This document shows, piece by piece, positions 1 to 14,438 of a stretch of 64,000 bases of DNA (position 1 is its first letter; each line of letters starts with the position of its first letter). Source of the DNA: Ascidiella aspersa (taxonomy: Eukaryota). The notes under the pieces are model-generated. The model saw nothing but the letters and a program-made list of their open reading frames with translations, did no database searches and had not been told where the DNA came from. The DNA lies in contig OZ004612.1 in assembly GCA_963924565.1 (NCBI GenBank), positions 29,698,001-29,762,000 of the forward strand, written 5' to 3'. A program made the position numbers and the translations under genes.

Positions 1-717
1 ACTTCTATCTATTTTTCTCCTAACCTTGCTTTAAAAATTAGTAGGACAATCTATCTAGTGTATTTAGATCTTTTAAAAACGACAACCGGGTTAATTTTAC
101 TGACATTTTTGCCACTTTCCGTATTTCTTATTCCCAAACCTCTTAAACTTGCTCTACTCTATCAGCCCCCTTCCCCTTTGCATCAAATCGATCCGACCTC
201 AAACCCAGTCTAATGCTGGCCTCTTTGCTTGTCTATAGAAAGCTTCTTTATCGGCCAACGACGATCGAATTTCCTTCAATTAGGCCCGCGCCTAAAAGTT
301 CACCAGTCCTCTATTTTATCGCGGTTTTCTTTGCAATGAACCGCCTTAAATTATGTTTCCAGCATCAATAATGCACACGATCCTTATCTCATCTGTGGCG
401 AAATGAAGGTTTTTTAGTTTTTGCTCCTGAGGAAAAGCGAGGGTTTGAAACCTTGACGGATTCAACGTTTCGACTAAAACTTGGCTTCATCTGGTCGCTT
501 TAATATAATAACTAAGCTTTGCGCATCAATAAAATATAAGACACGCAGCGTACGGTTGCGTCCCGCGCCCGCTATAAACCCTTCCATACTGACTTGGCTA
601 TGTTTGCGATCGAAGCTAATCAAGTTAAGCGCTCTGAAGTCGATCCCCAATTGAATCGCGCTTCCTAAACTGGCCGGTGAATGACTTAAACGGCGAAGGT
701 CATAAAACACACACTGA

Positions 718-1428
718 AAGGGCGTATCTTTCTGGAATCCCAAACCATTGTCAGCAGGTTTCTGTCGATCAGTATTACGCTAACGCGTATATCAACAATA
801 AAACTGAAAATTAAAAAAAACGAGTAAAACCAGGATTAGACATATACGAGAATATATAAAAGGCCGTTTTTCAATAGAATCCAAAACTATTGGCAACAGA
901 TTTCTGCTGGTCTGTTTCGCTGGCGCGTATATAAACAATAGAACTCAAAATTAAAAAAAGTAAAACCAGGATTAGACATACTAGAATATATAAAAGGGCG
1001 TATCTTTATGGAATCCAAAACCATTAGCAGCAGGTTTCTGCTTGTCGATCACTGTTCAGCTGACGCGTATATAAACAAAAAAACTCAAAGTTTAAAATAC
1101 CGAATAAAACCATGAACAGACATATACTAGAATATATAAAAGGGCGTATCTTTATGGAATCCAAAACCATTAGCAACAGGTTTCTGCTTATCGATCATTG
1201 TTCTGCTGACGCGTATATGAACAATAGAACTCAAAGTTTGAAAACCCGAGTAAAAACAAGATCAAAAATTTTTTTAAGGACTTATATTTCGCCTCTATTG
1301 GCATCGTTAGTTGCTATAAGTATTTATAATACATATACATAGCAAAGTAATAATACAATTTTTAACAAAGTCAAAAACATATGAAATCAGTTTTTACTCG
1401 GGTGTTTTAAACTTTGAGTTTTATTGTT
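718..1428. repeat. Four tandem ~135-145-bp units ending in a ~36-bp inverted-repeat element (1220-1428); same family at ~58540-58810 and ~62392-62690
   Basis: Repeated AAAGGGCGTATCTTT..GGAATCCAAAACCATT..CAGGTTTCTG..GTCGATCA..CGCGTATAT; AACAATAGAACTCAAAGTTTGAAAACCCGAGTAAAA versus its inverted copy at 1392-1428. Confidence 0.88.
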
Positions 1429-1900
1429 TTATTAACACACTGCATACACTGCATTACTTACACTGCATTACTTACGCCCAAATGCTCACGCAAATCTTCG
1501 AATGCCCTATAGCGCTGTATATCTCGCCTCGCTTGGCAGGTGCGAAACGGCCAATTACTAGCGACGCCCCTTTAGCGAGTGATGTATCGCACAAACATAG
1601 CAGTGCCCGGTATTCTGGCACATGTTTGGCTGACCTGTGCACCCGACACATCACTTAGCTAATTGCATACGCCTGGTCAGCTATATTGCCCCTGTGTGTA
1701 TATGTTTACAACGAAGTGACACTGTTTAGGAAATACCTATCGTAAAGGGTCCGCAAATTACGCATCACCACTCAAGTTTTGTAAGTGTTTCTCTAATCGA
1801 AGGCTTTTTCTATAAGGTAACTTAAAACACGATTATAACTTTAGGGGTTATTTACCTTTTGGTTAGATTTTTAGAACTCGTTTACTTGCTCCTAATATGT

Positions 1901-2341
1901 TAGGCCTACCATATGTCCTCTTTAAGGAGGATTTGTCCTCTTTTTTTCAAGAAAAGTAAATGGTCCTCCGAGGACGATCAAAAAAGCCCAAATGTTCTCT
2001 TTTTTCGAAATTCGAGTTAGTTGCTTATACTTTTAAGACTTTTAGGCGAGACGTTGAATTTATTTCCTAAAAATTACTGTAAACATGCTAAATTGCTAAA
2101 TTCAAATATCCTGAATCCGCCACTGTTTAGTAGTGGTTTTACGTAGTGGGCCTTCTTCAACAGCTCTGAAGTACTTTGAGGCGCGACAAAAAAGTTTTCC
2201 GACCACTGCTCTATAAATACAGGTAATTTCAATGATATTTCGTGTAAACAATTTCGGTAAAAAAAATGACCATTCCTTATTGGCATAAGTTAAGGGAACA
2301 AAAATGTCCTCTTTTTGGGTGCTGAAAATATGGTAGCCCTA
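1901..2341. mobile_element. Non-autonomous hAT (Blackjack-type terminus) MITE
   Basis: TIR TAGGCCTACCATAT / ATATGGTAGCCCTA; perfect 8-bp TSD TAATATGT; internal TGTCCTCTTTTT subterminal repeats. Confidence 0.88.
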
Positions 2342-4780
2342 TAATATGTCAACTATCTTATAATCTAAATGTTCATAAGTAAAATTGTTCCTAATTCATA
2401 ATCAAACCTAAACTTTTGACAGCGAGCAAAAAACGTTCTGGTCTGAAGCCGTCTGACAAATAGACTACAAATAAGGAAAACCTACTATGTTATTTCATTT
2501 ATGCTCATATTAGTGTTGCAATGGTTTTTCAAATTATTAATTTACTACTTTCTCAACTTGAATCGTAGATCGCCGTATTTTGAATTAAAATCAATAAATG
2601 TTTTTGGTCGCCAAATATTTCGGCTTATTTTCTATCAAACTTCACGGAGGCTGAACTACACTAAACTACCTGCAACCGTCTGGCTTCGCTAAACAAACAA
2701 TGGCGTAACGCGATCATTGCGGTTTTACCCGTCGGATTTTTGTGATCAAGATGCATAGGTTCGTCAGACAAAAGTAAAGGATGCCATACTAGGGCTTTAT
2801 TACGAATAACCCTAACCTCACATGATATTGCACAAACTCAAAAAACTAACCAGCTTATGGTAACTACTCTGTTATAGTTTTGCATAGTTTGATTTATTAG
2901 GATTGGTTCTGAGCATGATTTTCTAAATAAAAAAACAGCCAAAGAAAAATCATGACCCACACTAATAAGATTTGACAAAAGTAAGGTTTGGTATACTTGG
3001 ACGTTATTAGGAGAATATCAAGCCGCTCACAACATATTGCAGAAAACGCAAAGAACATACTGGCATTTTCTAACTGCTCCCTTATAAATCTGCCCATTTT
3101 TTATGCAATTTAATTTATTTAGCATTAGTTGTACCAAAGGTATATTTGATTTGTGATGTTCTAACTTAATTCTTACCCGTTATAGCTATGTCGGATTAAA
3201 CTACCTTGACAGTAGTTAATGCAACGATGGGATTATGTAATCCAAAAGTAAGTTCCGAGTTTCTAGCGCTTAGTCAGATCAGTGTAATTTGCAATAAAAA
3301 AAGCAATATGCAAACGTATTACCTGAACAGTGTCAACGATTACAAGTCAAGAAACAAGTGTTAACTGCAAAGTCTTAAATCTTGTACTTTCATACCAATA
3401 ACTGATCGAACGATAACTATACATTTTTAGTTGGAACCGATTGCAATTCGGTTCTATCACCAAGATAATTTCTCCTAAAGTCGACCTGAATAATTCGCGA
3501 AACAGCAAAATGCTTCAGTTCGGATTCTTATCGTAATAAATCGCGACATTTCTCCCCAAAAGGGCGACATTTTGCCAAATAAGCCAACCCTCAACGACTG
3601 AGCGTCACAAACTTCGCAGAATCACACATGAGCGAAACTGCACTCTTGTTTTATCGCATGTTGCCTTCTAGAATTGCGCGACTGATGTCAGCTTAATGTA
3701 ACGCTATTCGAGATCTAACTGATTCGAAGCAACCGGAAAGGGTTTCGTTTCACTGCACCTGGTGACGAAATTCCTTCTCGCGCCTCAATATTTCAGCTTC
3801 ACCAGTTTTACCTTCATGGCTGTGCAAATGCACGACACTAACGAACCATTTTCGCGGTAAAATAGTTTTGGATGCACTATAAGCAATATCAATGAAATTT
3901 GTAGTTTGGTAGATTTATTTCCTAATTCTAGAAACCGAATTATACATACACATACGTGTAAGACAACTGTGAATTAGCTCTTCAGACTATAGCCCTTACA
4001 TTTACACCAACGGCACACATCTCAGAGTTTTGTGGGAGCGTTAATATGTCAAACAGAAGCCAAAATACTCCAATGACACTTAAGTAATATGCCTTGCTTG
4101 CTAGCTAATAAATCCTTATTTGGCGAGTAATTTGTTTAATCTGCTAAAGGCCCCCTGTTATACTAATTTGACTAATTCATAAAGTTTGTAATTCGGTCAA
4201 AACTATTGTTAACTCAAAGCCAAAGCGAACACTCGCCGTAACAAAAACATGTAACATCAACGCCACGCTATCCTCGCACCTTGCGATCGCGAAACGCAAA
4301 CCTTTCCGTTGGTAAAATTAGAAGTTTTTCAAATTCTTTACTCTCTGCCGCTCGTCGCGCATTGGCGATTTACGTCACGTGTGAACTGAACTACTACGAG
4401 GCTGCATATCCATTTCAAAGAGCGAAATTTGACGCTTGAAATGTCAACAGCATTGCATGTTCAACTGTCTCAAACACCTCATTTTTTTCTAAATGTTTCG
4501 TAAATGAGGTGGTGTTACTCTGTTAGATACTGTATGTTCTGGGTGGTAACACCAACACAAAAACGTGAAAAAATATGTTTCTTATTCCATGTTTTATTGG
4601 CAGATTTGCGATTACGCAATATTCCTTCCAGTTAAGTTTTGAATCGCAGGCTAAATGACAAGACGGCTATATACTCTTGAAATGACCATGTATTTTATGA
4701 AAAAAAGTTTAGTTTGTTCCTAAAGATAATGCGAAACCTCATATTGTTTTAATAGGAAGTTTGATAATTTTACATCAACA

Positions 4781-4864
4781 TCAAACCCTGTAGCGATATT
4801 TAACGCAGAGTGTAGCGATATTTAACGCAGAAAAATCAACCCTGTAGCGATATTTAACGCAGAG
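4781..4864. repeat. Short triplicated 21-bp unit TGTAGCGATATTTAACGCAGA
   Basis: Three exact copies. Confidence 0.9.
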
Positions 4865-7800
4865 TCGTTCCGCTGATCTCTGAAAGTTAAGCAGTTTGAA
4901 GCAATTACCGGTTTTGGACAGTTTTGTTGACAGATCTGTTTTGTAATTTACTTACCAAACTGTTCACAGCATAGCATTTTTTAGACGCCATCGTATTTCA
5001 TATCAAAACTATGTGTGTTATCGTGTTTTGCATAGGCTAATCTGTGGAACACTATCGCCTAATATTTCAATCCTGAGCTACACGCATTAAAAAGCTATTC
5101 CCATTGCTATATCTGTGTACTGGGAATCATCAAGTTCACGTAAAAAAATATTTTTAAGATATTTAAAAAAAAACAATTTTTCTAGGGTTTCTTAGAGTTA
5201 ATACTTAACGTCGATCTTATCAAAGTATTTTGATCCCATGCAAGATTACTTATCGTGCCTTTTAGGTTAAGCAGGTCGTTACGTACGATATGGGAATATC
5301 AACTTTGAAATGAACACTACTTGTGACGTACCTATACTGACCCCATATGAACCCTGCTTGTTTTTGTTAAATTGTTAAAATATGCGAGGGTTAGCGTTTC
5401 TTAGGAAATGATATTAAACAGCTTTAAGTTGTACAACAAAATAATTCTGGAGTATAATGATTGAAGGTTGAAGTTAGACGTACTGAGAATTTTAAAGTTA
5501 TATATAAGTAAGTATCATTTTGAACGTACTCTTTGGTAATTGCGTTAAAATAAAAAAACTATTTATTCCAACCGTTCAAAATGTGACTTACGTCTATATG
5601 GGCTTTGATAAGTACTTCCGTATAGAATATATGTAAAACTCCGAAATGTTATCTTAAATTTACGCGTAAGCCTTTTCACCACTATTTTACTCTTTATTTT
5701 GTAAGATATTTTCTGACACACAAATCTCAACCACTAAACCCCCTAATGTTGCAAATTAGCGAACTTACGAGCAGCAAGAGTGTTTTTGTAGACATTACTC
5801 GACCACAACAACGCAAAAACAGCATAGGTATGTGTGATCGTTACGTTGATAACGTCGCCCTCTGTCACTCTTGCAATTCGGTATTCCTTTAACCGTTTAC
5901 CACGATGACTCTTTATAAACATGTTGTCAAGTTTGTTCAATTTCTTGTAAGATGAACATCAACCCTCGATTTTTATTTGTTTAATTTATTGTTGCTTTTT
6001 CTTAATTCAACTTTAACTTACAAATAGGCACAGCAGAACTTACGGATCATGATCATCACAAGAATTTTGTAATTCGCATACTGTGATGTTGGCAAATAGA
6101 ACGATCTAAATAATTAGCTAAGCGCAACTTACAATATAATCTTTACCTTGAAAAAGGTCGTCCCTTAGTTGATTTAAGTACAACAGAAAAGTTGCGCAAT
6201 GTCCTTCATTATATGCCTTTGCAATTAATTACATTAAATAAACTAAACCACGTAAATGTTAAAATTTTGACCTGCAAAGCAACACCTTATTTTGCCTCAT
6301 ATTAATATATAACACCATCATCGCGTGCTCTTGTGAATTCATCGATAAGAAATGCGTCTAAGCGGTTGCGGAAGTAAGATGTTTTTAACCTGAAAGTTTT
6401 TAATTCTTGGAGCATATTGGTTGGAGGTTGTAGTTAATGTATTAGTAAAAATATCAGAGCCCATACATAAAAAACACTTTGAACGTTTCGAATAACTCTT
6501 GAAAATTAATAAAGAATTATTCGAAACGTTTAAAATGCTACTTACTTCTGTATGGGCTTTAATACAATTATTACATTTTAACCCTGAATTGCAAAAAATA
6601 TGTTTTTGCCTCATAAGTAATGCAACTTGCATCACAATACGACCATGACTTGCTGCAAACTCTCTCGCCTTGCAAATTTCCTAATAAGAAATATGTCTAA
6701 GGAGCATGTTTAAGTAGGATGCGGTTAGAAACGCACAAATAGTCGCGTGAATCATCTGAGGTCAAGTGAGGTTCTGCTTAGCGTATCCACTTGAGATAGC
6801 ACGCCATTACCGTATTTTTGTAGTGTATTTTTAGGAACATTTTGGTTTATCGTCCCCAGCAGCATACACGTTGTACATGCCTTGGTTAAATTATCAGCAG
6901 GATTCCGTCTTTAAATTTAAGGCATAACATAGCAACCCATCATCGATGTTTTGTTGTGTTTTTGTCATAAGTACACTTGAGTGTAAAGTCAGTCATTATG
7001 CGTCATATTTGCAATTCTACAGGCCAACTCAAACCATTATTTGTGTAAGAACTGTAATAGTGTTACATTAACTGATGATGAAACATGTTCGCCTCGAAAC
7101 GTCTTTATCGAGATAATGTCGATTTACTCGACCTTTTTGACTTTGATGAGTCATTTTCAAGCATCGTTACACATCCGTATATAGTGTGCTTATCTAATAG
7201 TCTCACCTGTAACATGATTAAGCGCAAGACTATTATTCATACTTTACATCATGTTTTTTTCCAATATTTCCTATTGAAATTGTGCCTGTGTTTGAGCACA
7301 AACAAGAAAATGCGTGTTACGACTCGCTCTTGGCCTTTAGAAAGTGAATGCGGCGCTTTATCGCCACCTAGCTGATTCTTGTAAATGGTATTACGGCACA
7401 ACGGGTGGCGCTGTTGCGAAATTACGCATAACCAACATGTGCTTGTGGTCTCAATTATTCGATAAAATCGACGCAGAAACTGTTTCACAATCCAAGTCAA
7501 CAAAAAGATCAGAATAGTTTCGTTATTTTTCTCCAAAGTTAATAAAATCTATCAGTTTTAAAATTAATCGTTGAGTTTGCAATAGTTTCTTTTTTTAGAA
7601 ATATTCTTTCACTTTATTTTCTTTCTTCAAATATTGTGGCTCTAACTTAGTTTTCTATACCTAAATTATTCGTTATGACCCACACTATGTTCATTAATGT
7701 CAAATTAGTTTCGCAATATGATCAATTAAAAAACATCTTGAATGTTTTTAAATGAGCCATCTGCGTAAAAAATAAATTCTCACGTTTTGCGACGTGAAAA

Positions 7801-10800
7801 CGCACCACTTAAAAGACGTTTTCTTCTCACGACTAATCCACCCTTAACTACTGAAGTGCACTTGAACAAAGTAAATAAACGACAGGTTGGGATAAACCTC
7901 CTTAGCATGTGAATATGGCGCCGCTAAACCTCGACCTGCTTTCCGGCCAGGCAACACTTCTATCATACGAGCAACGTTATGCGTTGTTATACCCAACAAA
8001 CATTTCACGCAGAACTTTAAAGGAAAACTTGTGTTTGACGCTAAAAACAATAATAATAACTTTGTGTTTCAAAAGTTAGTACCACTGTTAAGCAGGTTTT
8101 CTCCATAATTACGTTTGGTGGTCACTACGAAATTTTACAAAACCGCAACGACCGCTCACAAAGATTAACTTGGTAATTTTCTCATGTCGAAGCAAACAGG
8201 ATATATTTTCAAACAATGTTAACAACTCTGAGACACAGGGGTATCTCTGTCAACTCAAATTAATACAATCACGGAATACCATCACGGGCCAACCAAACCA
8301 TACCGGAATATTTGGTTTGGTTTACCCGGAAATATCGAGGTCTATTGAAACACTTGGAAAACCTTTTTGTTAGACTTTTCAAAACATATTGACGACTTTT
8401 TTTAGGGAAGACAACAATTTCGTAAAACTAGTTGGCGATTTATATCTTAACTTCCCAGCATTATAATGCCCATGTTACAAAAACGTCCGATTTTCTACCA
8501 CATCTAACTTAGCTAAGAATTTTAGGCCGCGGCCACTTAAAAATATTTATCGATAGCTCAAAACCCACGTGATTTTACTATAGTTCACAATAGTGAGTTT
8601 TGTGCTACACAGTATTTCTAGATAAATACAAAGGCGGGCAGAGGCGGTTGAAACCTAAAAATCGTAAATCTTTTTAAATTTTATTTGGTATCCTTAGTCC
8701 TTCAATGGAATGTGATATGAGTTGTTAGCCCTTGGTGCTTTAGCATATACGAAACTACACTGCCAAGTGAAATGTAGCTTGTTTAGACAGAAAACAAGGG
8801 TGGCTTGCGAATTGATAACGATTTTTTGCGTCGCTTTTAACGTATTTAACCCCTATGATCTTAATAAGACTGTTTATAAAAACAGATATAAAACATAAAA
8901 TCATGTCTAATATTATTGGCATTTTATAAATGTTTTAACAGAAACTAACGATGCCTACTTTCAAGGCGAAATATATTTATATTTATAAACAGTCTTAAAA
9001 TCATCTGATGCAAAAACAAGAATTTTTTTGTTACATTTTATTGCCTGCGGGAGATTTCTTACTTTCTAAAGTGTTTCAGCTTATTTAACCCTAGCGCGCT
9101 TTCTCCTATAGCAACTCTTTGTTTTCGCTTCGCAATATTCCAACAAAGTTAAAATTCACTCACCAGTCACCGTCAGCTGCACGGTGCTTTCCCGCACTCG
9201 AAACTGTTGCGATGACGTCACGAGTATCGACTGCACGCAACGATACGATCCGGTATCGATCATCGATAAGTTGCGGATCGTTATCGAGGCCGTTAAGTAG
9301 TTGTCGGAGAGCGAAGACGTGAGGGCACTGACCCTGTCTGAAAAAAAATCAAGCGCTGAAAAGCCGTAATTTTTTTATTTTTTGCAGATTAAAACTGCGC
9401 AAGGTATTTAATGCTTTGTGGCGGTAAACAAGCACATTTTTATTTTGGGCTTAAAATGTGCTTTTTCTTTTCAACGTCAGTTTTTCATAAATAGTTTAAG
9501 GATTTTTACTGACGGGTTTTCAATGTTGCCATATTATCAGAACGTTCTTGGGTTCAATACATAACAAAAATTTGTCAAAAAGTAAATCAACATAGTTTAT
9601 CACATGTTGTTATTCAAATGATCAAATACAAACTCAATTAACTTTGTAATGGCTACCCATTGCTTAAGCATTTTTCAACGCATCATCAGTAAACAAGTTA
9701 AATATTGCATGATTTTATTAACAATATTCGCACAGAACAAACTAACGACACTTAATACAAACCAGGTTTTTTTTAAGGTTTGGTTTGGGTGACCGCTAAG
9801 TAGTTTTAATAGACCGCAAGTGTTTCATTTAAATACCAAAAAGTTGCAAGTCTAAAATTTGGGAAACCGCTGGAGAAATTTTTTCAAAACACCTTAAAAA
9901 AACACTGATACGAACATACTTAGATCTCACCTGACCGCGGGGTACTTTTAAATCTCGAACGAAACAAGTTTTCCCAAGCTGCATGCGACAATACACGTGA
10001 AAATCAATTATAACTTTGCAAATAGGAGTTAGAATAAAAAGCTGCAAAATTTGTAGTAAAATTGTCACTTGCTAGTCAAAATAAGGTATATGCCGATACT
10101 ATTGTGTTAAATGCTTTATACTTATACACTTAAATTTATAGATAACTTGTTATTTTCATTTTTTGGAGGATGGAGGGTAATCAAATTTTTTAAACATAAA
10201 TTTTATAGTACGTTGTTATAATGTCGTAGTATAGTGTCATATATAAGAGATAAAGTGGATTTCTTCACGAAATTAATCTTGATAAGGTAGCAAACATATG
10301 CGATAAAAGTTAGGAATTTTAAACAAGGCTAAAAAGGATGTTTTTCGCGTTAGTACGCAAACAATATATTTTTCCAAGTATATTTATTTTTGTGTTAAGC
10401 TTGATAATTTTTTTGGACCACCTTGCATCAAATGATAGAAAAATGCTCATTATAAAAAAATGTAGGAGGTGTGTATCTTGGTTATTAATATTGTGATTGA
10501 AAACGATAATAAAGAAAATAGGTCTTTAAACTTTACTTGTAATAAGCACAGTGTAATAAGCAAGGCGATTACAGAACGCGTGCGCCGATGCCGCTCAGCC
10601 GTCTTGGATTTCGCGAGGTCGCGTTTAGCGTTGAAACTAATTTGAAAAATAATTTTATCCTGTGTAATTCAACACATAAAGCAAACCACCGCTGAATTAT
10701 TAAAATCGCGCTCACCGAGAAAGTTGGAATCGGCTTGTTCCGGCCGCTTTCCTATCTTTATGAAGAAGGGCATGTTCTCGCTAGAGCGAAACCACTCGAT

Positions 10801-13800
10801 CACGTGCGCTTTGACGCGTGATGACCGTTGCCTGGCAACGCACGGCAGCACAACCATGCCACCTAGTGGAGCCTGGATGCGAGCTGAAAAGAAAATAGTT
10901 GAAATTAATGGTTTTAGGGGTGTCAACAGTATTTTTAACCTAAGATTTTGCAAAGTACAGTACAAGAAGATTTGCTTGATTTGATAATTATGCGCAATAC
11001 CAAACTGTTAATAAAAAAATGCGTTTCGTTTTACAAATGGCGTCAATTTTTATTCTGTCAAAGACAACAAAAAAATTTTACTGTAAAACAGCATTAAAAA
11101 ATGTATATATAAACGCATTAAAAAATGTTTAAAATGATTCCTGTGAATAATATTGTAAAAAAATAGAACGATCGATAGCTGTGATTTATAATTCAACGAA
11201 TATCTTCAATAAGTGAAAGTAGAACTTGGTAAAATAGATCAAATGAATAATTGGAGCGTTAGCAGTATTTTCGAACCTAAAATTTTGCAAAGTACACGAC
11301 ACTTTGCTTGAATAGATAATTATGCGCAAAATAAGCTGTTGATTTGAGAGCTTCAAAAATATTTAAAGTAATTGATTCAACTAAATTGTAAACAATCAAA
11401 CTAAGCATAGCCGCGTGATTTATAAATCGATAGGTAAATCCTGTTTTTTCATTAAATCGAATTTCTAAGCGATTGTTAGCTTGTATAGTTTTCAAACGTT
11501 TTCAAAAGCAATATTTTTATCTCTTTGTATGCTCGTAGCCAAGAAATTTTGACCGCAGCAAATTAGATTCCGCTCAACAAGGTGCACCCTTGGCAGTCGC
11601 AAGAACCCACCGTCGGCGCGTATTTAATTATCGCTGCGATTTTGTGCCCGGGGTTACTGACACGATAGGCCGTATCGAATTAGACGCTTACAAATTGACA
11701 GCAACTGCTGAATTTTTCAGGGTATTTATCCCAATCACGACGAAGCGTGGCCATATGCTGCATCCAAAATCGTGCGCCCAGTGTATCTCTCGACAGACTT
11801 GCTCTGGGATGGGGCAGATCAATGTGAGCTAAAATCGGTATTTCGTGGCTTGAAAATTGTGGATTGTCATTATTGCACTTAACATATGAAAGTTGAATAA
11901 TTCCTTTTTAGTATTTTCAACACTTAATAACGGTTAATTTGAAGTCATTTTCACAAATTCTTTGATCGAAACCCTGTGATTTTTCTAGTTTACACTAAAA
12001 GCTGCATAAAACGCTGTGATCAATGTTTTAGGTTTTTTTAACCTAGATTTTTTTGCAAAGCATTTGGATGTCTTTAAATATTTTTATAAACTTGTGTGGC
12101 AACTCTAAATATTACATTTTTCATGTAAGTGCTTTATACTTGAATTTGAAATATCCCTTGATTCAACCTATATATGATGTTTTAGTTCTCGTTTTTTTAT
12201 ACACAAATGTTCAACTTAATTTATCTATTCGGATTTAGCTTTTTCAATAATGCAGCACAAAATTTGTCATCCAACAAAAAAATAATTGTGCAATGTGTTG
12301 TATGAGCTGTAAAAAGCACACTTCGAGCTCCGGTAGATATTAGCGTTGTTGTCCTGCTTTAGAAAGTGTTTGTTAAAGTGCCGTTAAAAATCAATTGGAC
12401 AAAACCCTGTTTTGTAAAACTTCGCGTGATCCATTTATATGTCTTTAAAACCTTAAAAAAATCTTCGAAAAATCTTTGAAACTTGTGTGACAACCCTGAG
12501 TGAAATTGTGCAATGTTTCGTATGGCCTGTGAAAAACACGCTTCGGGCTCCAGGAGATAGCAGCGGCGTTAAAATCAATTAAGTACCCGGCTCACTTTAA
12601 ACGCCCCTATCCGGGCAGCAGTAGCAGAGGCAAATTGACAAGCTGCATTGTCACCAATCAATAGACAGCAACGATTGCAATATCGAGTTTTCGCGAATTA
12701 GTTTCTCGCCCTCTGTGTGCATTGTATCACGTCGCCCCCCGTAGTTTCGCTGTCCATGGTGGTAAGAACATCTGCCATTAATTACACTAACAAGAAATCC
12801 AGCTGCGCGTTCTCAAGTTTGCTGTCTTTGCGCGATTAAACGAAGGGGGCAGTTCGATAAAAAGGGAATGTTGTGTCTCAGTGTATTTAATAAACCTTTG
12901 CCTGGTCACCGTAATCTACGTTAAACCTTAAGTACATTAGTTATCATTAAAAATATATATCCCGATATTCAGTTACTATTCATTTCTTTTTTTTTAAGTT
13001 TTAAGTTTACTGCCCTACGAATGAACAGTTCGATAAAAAGGGGAATATTTTCTATCGGTTTATTTGAAAAAACCATTGGCTGGTCGTCTGCAGTAACGTA
13101 TATAAAAAGTATAGTAATTGATCAATGGAAAATATATTCCTATAGCCAGTGAATATGTTTTTTACATGTGTCTTGATACCATTACAAGCTTGCTTTAAAA
13201 AATTCTTTAAAAGGGGAAATGATCCGCATTAGAAACGAGTTTTCTTTAAAAAAACGTCGTTTAAAGATGTTATATACAGTTTTAAAAACCTTCTAAAAAG
13301 CTCCTCATAGACCTACTACAGGTTCAACAACTTTTTATTGAAAGGCGGGCTTTAGAGTTATGAAACCTTGCTGCTGATTAATTAAAGTATGAACCGAAGC
13401 TTTTACAAAAAAACTCCAATAACACATATACAAACCCTACTATTTATAAGCCTTCATCAAATTAGCGCCGATCATAGAGTTTGTAAACCTATTTCAGTTT
13501 TGAAAACTTTCTATAAAATGGTTCATGTTGTCGGTGTGAAACCTTAAAAATCCCAGCCTTTTTACAAATAGCGCCGCGGTTAACGCCAACCTAGAGGTTT
13601 GTCACCATTTCCAACAACCTAAACCAGTGGTCCGATGCCGGTCCGCGAGGAGTTCGTTACCGGTCCGTAGCAGGGTTGCCAGATTAAAGTTTTGATTTAA
13701 ACCTAAACCGTACGTAAAAGCCGGAAAAAGGCTAGGAAAAATCAAAAACGATTGAAAGTATTTTTATATCCAAATCACATTCACTTTTGTTTAAATATAC

Positions 13801-14110
13801 TCCATGGTTGATTGGTATATGAAAAATCACAATTAGTTTCAAGCACTCGTGAGGTGCAAAACAAACCAGTGTGCTGTGGCCATAGACTATAGAGCACTTC
13901 CACAACACCCTATAATGCAATTTTTGATTGTAAAATCGTAACTCCTCGTATGTACAATATATCGAAAAAGGGCCAAAATATCATATATTTTTTATGCTTA
14001 ACCGCGTTCACCCTAAAGTACAATAGAATCAAATCATGCAAACAACGTCCCACAATAAAATTAATTATTATTATGATGTTCAGGCAGGAAAGTTTTTAAA
14101 AACAATAGTA

Positions 14111-14305
14111 AACCGAAAAGCTATCGCAGACTCGCCGAATCTGTCGATCTATGATGCAAGCAGAGCAAGCCAGAAAAACAACTGGTCTGCAGTGAGGTTC
14201 GAACTCACGACCTCCGGTCAAGCCGGGACCGTCGCTCTACCAACTGAGCTATGCAGGCTCAGAGAGGAGCGAGTCGAGAAACAACCATGCGCCAATACTT
14301 GCACA
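14111..14305 (-). mobile_element. tRNA-derived SINE-like element (tRNA-like head at 14184-14258) nested in the hAT element
   Basis: A box TAGCTCAGTTGG, B box GTTCGAAC, near-cloverleaf with an aberrant anticodon arm; flanks shared with the copy at ~46560-46835. Confidence 0.8.
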
Positions 14306-14357
14306 TTTTGTTAGTACAAGCAACTTCACACTGGGGGATCATCAGTCCGTATCAATC

Positions 14358-14438
14358 AATGAAAGACACACACAAACATATGTGTTTAATATGATCACAG
14401 ATGTTATTAAACACATATGTTTGTGTGTGTCTTTCATT
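14358..14438. repeat. Perfect 34-bp inverted repeat with a 13-nt loop
   Basis: AATGAAAGACACACACAAACATATGTGTTTAATA at 14358-14391 and its exact reverse complement at 14405-14438. Confidence 0.95.

Noticed and set aside
14184-14258. Functional tRNA gene (GGC anticodon)
   Set aside because: Acceptor-stem mismatch, abnormal anticodon-arm spacing and loop (no U33), and divergent dispersed copies indicate a tRNA-derived repeat.
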